A DNA stretch of 64,000 nt from Candidatus Omnitrophota bacterium. GTDB lineage: Bacteria > Omnitrophota > Gorgyraeia > JAFGGP01. Below the pieces are notes generated by a model. That model was not told where the DNA came from. It searched no databases and was given only the letters and a program-made list of their open reading frames with translations. The position numbers were made by a program, and so were the translations under genes. Of the stretch, positions 7,573 to 14,900 are shown one piece after another (positions within the stretch are counted from its first letter, which is position 1; each line of letters begins with the position of its first letter). The DNA is taken from assembly GCA_016930485.1 (NCBI GenBank), contig JAFGGP010000013.1, positions 25,157 to 89,156 of the forward strand. Direction: 5' to 3'.

Positions 7573-7601
7573 TTGACAAACTATACCCAACTTGGTATAG
7601 T
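7573..7601 (+). promoter_or_regulatory. near-consensus sigma70 promoter TTGACA-N17-TATAGT at the head of the glycan locus
   Basis: TTGACA sits at 7573-7578 and TATAGT at 7596-7601 with an exact 17-nt spacer. It lies inside the 5' extension of ORF 7542..8819, which argues for a downstream start. Confidence 0.45.
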
Positions 7602-7667
7602 AACTTCTCGAATGTCGCAACTCTATTGAGTCTTACAGGTTACGAATTATATCTTGCCCTTACCTCT

Positions 7668-8819
7668 TTGAATAACACAAGACTGGTTCATATTATAACG
7701 AAGTTAGAACTGGGCGGTGCTCAAAAAAATGCCCTCGATATTGTTGCTTATTTTCAACGCGAGGGTTATCAGGTATTTCTCTTAACCGGCCCTGACGGTA
7801 TTTTGTCTGGTGAGGCGAGAAAAATAGCCGGCATAACTTGTATTGAGGTGCCTCATTTAGTTAGAGAGATACATCCCCTTAAAGATATCGTTGCTTTTTT
7901 TTATATTTTTTGCCTTCTTAAGAAGTTCAAACCACACATCGTCCATACCCATAGCTCAAAGGCAGGCATTTTAGGGAGACTAGCCGCGCGTATGGCCGGC
8001 ATTCGTTCAATATATCATACAATACATGGATATGGTTTCCATCCACACCAACCTTTTCTGTTGAGAAAAGTACTCATCGCATGCGAACGGATCGCAGCGG
8101 TCGTCACAACCAAACTCATTACCGTCAGCCTGTCAGACCGTGAGGTGGGTCTTTCCGAGCACATTGGCAAAGAGGCACAGTATGTCACCATACCATACGG
8201 AATTAAAAAGAATGACTATTTTGGCTCTCTGGAGAAGGGTGGGCTCAGAAAAAGACTTCATCTGCCACAGGAGGCGTGTTTAGTGGGGACCATAGCCTGT
8301 TTTAAGCCGCAAAAGGGGTTGTTTGATTTTGTGCGCGCCGCCCGCCGCGTTTGTGATAACACAACTGACGTTGCCTTTATTGTTGTTGGTGACGGGGCAT
8401 TGAGAAATGCCCTTCAGACAGCGATTAATGCCTGCGGATTAGAGCGCTTCTTCTACCTTCTAGGATGGAGGAGGGATGTGAAGGAGATTTTGCATGCTCT
8501 TGATATTTTTGTACTGTCCAGCCTGTGGGAGGGATTGCCTATTGTTTTTCTAGAAGCCATGTGCGCATCGTTGCCAATCGTCGCTACAGATGTTGGTGGA
8601 TCGCGGGAGGTTATTCAGGACGGCCACAATGGTTTTTTGGTCGATTCAACCGACTGGTGGGGATTGGCGGATAAGGTGACTTTTTTAGTTCAACATCCGA
8701 AAGAACGCCGCGTGATGGGGAAAAACTCCTTGCGTGTTATGCAAATGAGAGAAGAATTTGAAAAGGATCACATGTTATTACATATCAAGGCTCTTTATGG
8801 GGCAGCACTTGGTTGTTAA
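7668..8819 (+). CDS. GT4-family glycosyltransferase
   Basis: The N-terminal motif is LVHIITKLELGGAQKN and the C-terminal E-x7-E region is WEGLPIVFLEAMCASLPIVATDVGGSREVIQDGHNGFLV. The start is set to the in-frame TTG 7668, downstream of the promoter-like site. The ORF-track start is GTG 7542. Confidence 0.8.
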   Translation: MNNTRLVHIITKLELGGAQKNALDIVAYFQREGYQVFLLTGPDGILSGEARKIAGITCIEVPHLVREIHPLKDIVAFFYIFCLLKKFKPHIVHTHSSKAGILGRLAARMAGIRSIYHTIHGYGFHPHQPFLLRKVLIACERIAAVVTTKLITVSLSDREVGLSEHIGKEAQYVTIPYGIKKNDYFGSLEKGGLRKRLHLPQEACLVGTIACFKPQKGLFDFVRAARRVCDNTTDVAFIVVGDGALRNALQTAINACGLERFFYLLGWRRDVKEILHALDIFVLSSLWEGLPIVFLEAMCASLPIVATDVGGSREVIQDGHNGFLVDSTDWWGLADKVTFLVQHPKERRVMGKNSLRVMQMREEFEKDHMLLHIKALYGAALGC

Positions 8820-9819
8820 GATTTTACTCATTATTCTCGGCAGCGCTATTGGTGCGGCGTTTATCATGCCCGTATTAATGATTTTTGGACGCAGGACGGG
8901 CATTGTTGCCAAAAGACAGTACTTCAATGAGCGGGTTAAGATAGTTCCTTGTACTGGTGGCATCGGGATTTATTGGGTTTTTATCGGCACGCTCTATTGC
9001 GCCCTCCGGCTATTTGATATGGAGGCCACTCCTGAGATGTGCGGCATTCTTGCCGGTGGCCTCATTATTCACTGTATTGGTATTTATGACGACGTCAAAA
9101 ATGCTTCGATCCCGCTCAAAGTTATCGGTCAGGTTATCGGCATCGCCATCGCCATTTTTTTTGGTGTGCGGATACAAATAATTTTTTTTAGCACCACAGC
9201 CAATATTCTGCTGACGTTTTTATGGCTATTTTTTATGTCCAATGCTTTCAATTTTCTCGATATCCTTGACGGATTAGCCGGTGGAATTTCTGCAGTTTCC
9301 TCGCTTGCCTTTGGTGTAGTAGGTGTATGTACCGGGGACCTGCTTTTTGCGCTTATGTCTTTTTCCTTAACCGGTACCCTCCTCGGTTTTTTAGGGTATA
9401 ACTACCCCCCCGCGAGGATATATATGGGCGATGCAGGGAGCCTATCGCTTGGTTTTTTTATAGGTGCTGTTTCTATTGCCATTAGCTATGCACCATTGGG
9501 AAGAGAAATAGCCCTTTTTACCCCGTTGGTTATCCTGGGTATCCCGTTATTTGATACGCTATTTGTTATTATCATCAGGGCGCTAAATCGTCGGTCGGTA
9601 TTTCATGGCAGCAAAGATCATCTTGCTCTGAGGCTTATCGTATCTGGCTTTCAAGAAAGGCAGGCGATTCTTTTCGTCTATTTTCTGGCTTTTCTTTTTT
9701 GTGTCAACGGGGTGATTATCAGCAGGGTATCTAATGCTGTAGGACTTATTTTTTTATCCTCCAATATAATGGTTTGTTTACTTCTCGGTTTTCGTTTAGC
9801 AGCTGTAAAGGTTGAGTAA
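8797..9819 (+). CDS. polyprenyl-phosphate HexNAc-1-phosphate transferase (WecA/MraY family, initiating enzyme)
   Basis: It is polytopic with motifs IYDDVKN, NAFNFLDILDGLAGG and YMGDAGSLSLGFFIG. The start is ATG 8797 (or 8758), overlapping the upstream gene. Confidence 0.85.
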   Translation: MGQHLVVKILLIILGSAIGAAFIMPVLMIFGRRTGIVAKRQYFNERVKIVPCTGGIGIYWVFIGTLYCALRLFDMEATPEMCGILAGGLIIHCIGIYDDVKNASIPLKVIGQVIGIAIAIFFGVRIQIIFFSTTANILLTFLWLFFMSNAFNFLDILDGLAGGISAVSSLAFGVVGVCTGDLLFALMSFSLTGTLLGFLGYNYPPARIYMGDAGSLSLGFFIGAVSIAISYAPLGREIALFTPLVILGIPLFDTLFVIIIRALNRRSVFHGSKDHLALRLIVSGFQERQAILFVYFLAFLFCVNGVIISRVSNAVGLIFLSSNIMVCLLLGFRLAAVKVE

Positions 9820-9824
9820 ATGCG

Positions 9825-11135
9825 ATGAAAAAAAACTGTGAAGTTGCAATTATCGGGGCCGGACTGGCCGGACTGAGTTGTGGTTACCACCTGGAAAAAG
9901 AATTCTGTATTTTTGAGAAGGCGCGTCATGTCGGCGGATTGTGTACGACAAAGCGGGTCGGCGATTTTTATTTTGATTGTGATGGCCATCTATTATATTT
10001 TAAACAACCCGCAATAAAAGCACTGGTCAACTCTCTTCTTGACAAGGAGCTCATCCGTCACAGGCGGAATTCGTGGATTTATTCAAAAGGCACCTATACG
10101 AGGTATCCTTTTCAAGCCAATACCTTTGGGTTGCCGCATGAGACAATTAAGGAATGTCTCTTGGGTTTAATTGAGGTGCGAAAAAATAAGGGGCGTTCAC
10201 ATAACGGTCAATATGAACATTTTGAACAGTGGATTTATCATACGTTTGGTTCCGGGTATGCCCGGCATTTTCTTTTGCCGTATAATCGAAAGTTCTGGAA
10301 ATTTCCGCTGAAACAACTTACCTGTGAATGGTTGGACGGGTTCATACCAGTACCGAGCGTTGAGGATTCTCTGGAAGGGGCGCTCGACGACTCAAAGAAG
10401 TTATTCGGTTACAACCACCACTTTTGGTATCCCGTTCATGGCGGCATACAAAGACTCGCTGAGGCATTCAAAGAGAAGATTGCGCAGGGATCTATTGGAT
10501 GCAACCGTGCGGTTGGCCGGATCGATTTGAGACGGTCTCTACTCGAATACAACGATGGCAATAAAGTCTCCTATAAACATCTTGTTTCAACGATGCCGTT
10601 ACCTGAATTGGTGAAGATTTCGGGGCCACATCCCAGGAAGGTCTACGAGGCAAAAAACAAATTGAAGCATACCTCTATTTTAAATGTTAATTTCGGAATT
10701 AACAGGCCGGCTGCTACCAAGAAACATTGGATTTATTTTCCTGAATCTGATTTCGCTTTTTTTAGAATAGGTTTTATGTCTAATTTTTCTCCCTATGCCG
10801 CTCCTGAAGGGGGCAGCTCCGTATACGTCGAATTTTCATACAGAAAACAAAGTGAACTTAATATTCAAAAGATGCTGCACGAGGCAAAGCTGGCTCTCAG
10901 GCGCCTCGGTTTTATCGATGATTTCTGTGATATCGCGGTAGAAGACCACAATCTTATACCGTACGGATATATTATCTATGACAAATACTGCAACCAGGCT
11001 ACTTGTTTGTTAAGAGACTACTTTCGAAACTATAACATCACTCCTATCGGCAGGTATGGGCTCTGGCGGTACCTATCTATGGAAGATGTGATTGCATCAG
11101 GCAAAACAACCGCCGAGAAACTTAATGCTCAATAA
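9825..11135 (+). CDS. FAD/NAD(P)-binding oxidoreductase (UDP-galactopyranose-mutase / HemY-like fold)
   Basis: It has an N-terminal dinucleotide-binding motif VAIIGAGLAGLSCGYHL...FEKARHVGG and a C-terminal IGRYGLWRYLSMEDVI. The exact activity is not assignable. Confidence 0.6.
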   Translation: MKKNCEVAIIGAGLAGLSCGYHLEKEFCIFEKARHVGGLCTTKRVGDFYFDCDGHLLYFKQPAIKALVNSLLDKELIRHRRNSWIYSKGTYTRYPFQANTFGLPHETIKECLLGLIEVRKNKGRSHNGQYEHFEQWIYHTFGSGYARHFLLPYNRKFWKFPLKQLTCEWLDGFIPVPSVEDSLEGALDDSKKLFGYNHHFWYPVHGGIQRLAEAFKEKIAQGSIGCNRAVGRIDLRRSLLEYNDGNKVSYKHLVSTMPLPELVKISGPHPRKVYEAKNKLKHTSILNVNFGINRPAATKKHWIYFPESDFAFFRIGFMSNFSPYAAPEGGSSVYVEFSYRKQSELNIQKMLHEAKLALRRLGFIDDFCDIAVEDHNLIPYGYIIYDKYCNQATCLLRDYFRNYNITPIGRYGLWRYLSMEDVIASGKTTAEKLNAQ

Positions 11136-11901
11136 ATTAAAAATGCTATACAGACATCGGGAGGTATTGCTTAGCATGGTTGTCAAGAATGTAAAGGCGA
11201 AGTATGTTGGTTCACTACTTGGCATCTGGTGGAGTATTATCACGCCCCTTTTGATTATGGCCGCCATCACATTTGTTTTTACTGTTATATGGCCGGTTTC
11301 CATTAAGCTTTTTTCCTTGTTTGTTCTCTGCGGAATTTTGCCTTGGATTTTTTTCGCCTCGGCTCTTTCTGAATCGACAAACTCACTGATTGAAAACACA
11401 GCCCTTTTACATCAATATATCGTTCCAAAGGAACTTATTCCTCTGGCGACGGTTCTTTCCAATTTTATTAATTTCCTTTTCGGTCTTGTTTGCATAATCC
11501 CGTTTTTTATTATATTCAAACTTTCGACGATCCAGGCTATTGGATGGCTTCCTTTGGTTCTGTTTTTTCATTTCGTTTTTGTCTGCGGTTTTTCGCTCCT
11601 GCTTTCTTCGATTAATGTCTATATTCGTGATGTGGGGCACATTCTCGGTACATTTTTAATGTTCTGGTTTTGGGTGACCCCGGTTTTTTATTCACATGAT
11701 ATGATTCCGCTGCCTTGGAAGAGCTATCTGTTGCTTAATCCTATGACGAGCTATGTAGAGTCCTATCGGCAGGTTCTCTATCGGGGTTTTGCCCCTGATA
11801 TTAGGATGTTATTATTTTTGCTTTTCTGGAGCGTTAGTATTTTTGTGCTCGGTTACAGCGTTTTTATTAAACTGGAATCAAATTTTATAAAAAAATTGTA
11901 A
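11125..11901 (+). CDS. ABC-2-type polysaccharide export permease (Wzm/TagG-like)
   Basis: It has six hydrophobic segments and an N-terminal KAKYVGSLLGIWWSIITPL motif typical of ABC-2 permeases. It lies immediately upstream of a Wzt-type ATPase domain. Confidence 0.8.
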   Translation: MLNKLKMLYRHREVLLSMVVKNVKAKYVGSLLGIWWSIITPLLIMAAITFVFTVIWPVSIKLFSLFVLCGILPWIFFASALSESTNSLIENTALLHQYIVPKELIPLATVLSNFINFLFGLVCIIPFFIIFKLSTIQAIGWLPLVLFFHFVFVCGFSLLLSSINVYIRDVGHILGTFLMFWFWVTPVFYSHDMIPLPWKSYLLLNPMTSYVESYRQVLYRGFAPDIRMLLFLLFWSVSIFVLGYSVFIKLESNFIKKL

Positions 11902-11915
11902 CAAGGCGGTTGGTA

Positions 11916-14900
11916 ATGCGGGAAGCGGTGGTTTCTTTTGCAGATGTGTGGGAGATGTACGAGGTTAAATTCATCAAAAATAAAAAGGTGAGCTGGGAAA
12001 AAATCTGGGCACTTCAGGGGGTCTCATTTGAGATTTTTCGTGGCGAGTGTGTTTGCATTATCGGCGAAAACGGATCCGGCAAATCAACAACCCTCAAATT
12101 GATCAGCGGCATGCTGAAGCCTGATAAAGGTTCTGTGAAAATAAACGGGACGGTTTCGGCGCTTCTCGAGTTGGGGGCCGGCTTTCATCCTGAGCTAACT
12201 GGCAGAGACAATGTATATCTAAATGCCTCCCTCTTCGGGCTTCCCAAAAACACGATCGACAAGGTCTTTGAAGAGATTGTTGCATTTTCGGGACTGGGGC
12301 GATTTATCGATGCGACGGTAAGGTGTTACTCGCAGGGCATGTTTGTTCGGCTGGCCTTTGCCTTGGCCATTCATGTAAATCCCGATATCATTCTCGTCGA
12401 CGATACCCTGGCTGTGGGGGATGAGGAGTTCCAGAAGAAATGCATCAAGAAAATCTTTGAACTGAAAGAAAGCGGCAAGACCATCATTCTTGTAACTCAC
12501 GATTTAAATATCGCGGAGAGATTATGTGCCCGCGGCATGATTTTACGAGACGGCAGACTTTTGCAACACGGTCCCTTACAGCGCATTATCCCGTCCTATC
12601 TCGAGACTGTTGGGCTTAAGGAGGGACTCGGGATTTTGCAGTACGAACATTTAAGAGTTGTTTTTAATAATGGCAGGATCTTTCTTAACTGGAAAGGGGT
12701 AAGTTTAACCAAACATCTCGGCGGATATATCTCCTGTTTTATAAAAGACAGAAATTATCTTTCGAGCGAATTGCACTGGCATATCGGACACATCGATGGC
12801 AGATCGATAACAGCACAGGGGAGGCACCCATATTTAGATTTGGAGTATACCTGGAAAATAGTTGTTTTTGAGGATTACTCCTTCAAGGTCGAGATTGACA
12901 GGGCAGTCAGCAGTGATGCAATTGAGGTAAAGGATGAGACGTTCAATCTGATGCTAACCGATGAATACAAAAACTGGTCTAGCATGAAAGGTATCGGTGC
13001 CTTTAACGAGCACTTTGCTCACGAGGTTAATTGGGAGCAGGCGGCCCCGAAGATCGCACAGGGAGATATAATGGCTGTGATGCCGATATCCGGCACGATC
13101 GAGCACCTCCCTGGGATTGTCTTTGACGGCTCCCGCGCCGATCCGGCATTCCGGATTACCGGCCATAATACAGGATGCAATGTGAGTGCCCGGGCATTCC
13201 GGGCGGTTTTAAGTGAGGCGGCTCTGGGTCTGTCTCTTTCCCGGGGAGGGCGCTTTTTTGACGGATATTTCAGACTTTTTTATGACGAGAAGGCCATCAA
13301 TGATTTTATAGAGAAGAAACGCCGGGAACGGACGTTTACCGCGGGGGACATCAGGCTGCTTGTGGATTACGGGAAAATCGGCATCTTTTTTAGGGATTGC
13401 GAAGTAACCCAGGATGCCGGCCTCCTCTCTTCATTTTTATCTCTCGGAAGATGGCTTGACTCGACCCAGGCACACTGGACAATTCAACGAAAACCAAATG
13501 GATTTACGGTTAAGGTACAGTGGCAAGATATTCCTATTACGCAGCTGTGGCACCTTGAGATCATAAAGGAGAATGAAATCAGGTGGAGGGTGCAACTGGA
13601 GGTGCATGACAAGGTTGTTGTGCAAGAAGAAAAAGCAGGGATTGCTCTAAGTGCGCAGTATGTATCGTGGTTGTGCGCCGAAGACAATGGCATCTTTCCG
13701 GAGATTAAGGGGTGGGAAGACATGCCGCTCTCCCGTCAGGATGTTTCTGTTATCGGCGTTAAAGGAACTCAGGAAGGGGGCAGTCAGTATCCGCCTCTCT
13801 CTTTTGATTTTTCAGAGGCGAATGGATTTTTCCCGCAACTTCAGAATTCGACGCGTCAAATTAACGCACGCATGCTTCAGGCAAGGCGTATCCACAGGAT
13901 GGAGGACACAACGTATCACCCCGGATCCTATGACTACTTCTCGGCACGAATAGTGCTTGGAGACGGCCTTCAGTCTGGGGGATCCCGGCGATCAGAACAG
14001 ATATCAGTCAAACCTGTTGTGGCAAAAGTGCTCTTTGTGAATTTACCATGGCGCATTGACGGAATGTGGGGTGTCAGAGCCGGATCGCGTTGGCCCCACA
14101 TTAAAGAACCGGTTGAAGGTGAATATCTGCCGTTTCCCTTTTTTATGGCATATGCCGCTGCCCTCTTAGAAAAAAATGGTTTTGATGTAGAACTTATCGA
14201 TGCTATCGCCGAAGGGATTGAAGAAAAGATTTTTTTAAGAATGCTTCACAATAAGAGGCCTGATTTACTCGTAACAGAAACCTCGACAGTAACCTTAGAA
14301 CACGATCTGGGCATTCTTAAAAAAATTGATCCCGGTATTCCGGTGGCGCTCTGTGGAGCCGATAGCAACATACAAAAAGAGGATTTTCTAAAGGCTCATC
14401 CCTATATTACGTATGTCTTAGTTGGCGAATACGAACATACGCTACTGGACCTTGTACGACATATGAACGGCTCACAGGATCTTCAGGACGTTCCTGGTCT
14501 CCTGTTCAGAAATAACGGCAACATCGTAAAGACAGCACCGCGCCCCCTGTGCAATCTCGACGATTTACCGTGGCCACTCCGTGATCGGCTGCCTATGCAT
14601 AAATATTTCGATGCACCAGGAGGCATACCTACGCCTTCGGCGCAGATGTGGGCATCTCGCGGATGTCCGTATCAATGCATCTTTTGTGCCTGGCCGCATA
14701 TTATGTATGGCGGCGGAACCTATCGTACGCGCAATACTATCGATGTGGTAGACGAAATGGAGTATCTCATTAAAAAAATGAATTTTAAATCGATTTATTT
14801 TGATGATGATACGTTTAATATCGGCAGAAAAAGAATGCTTGAATTGTGCCAGGAAATCAAACGGAGGACGAAAGAAGGGCAGATGCCTGGTGTTCCCTGG

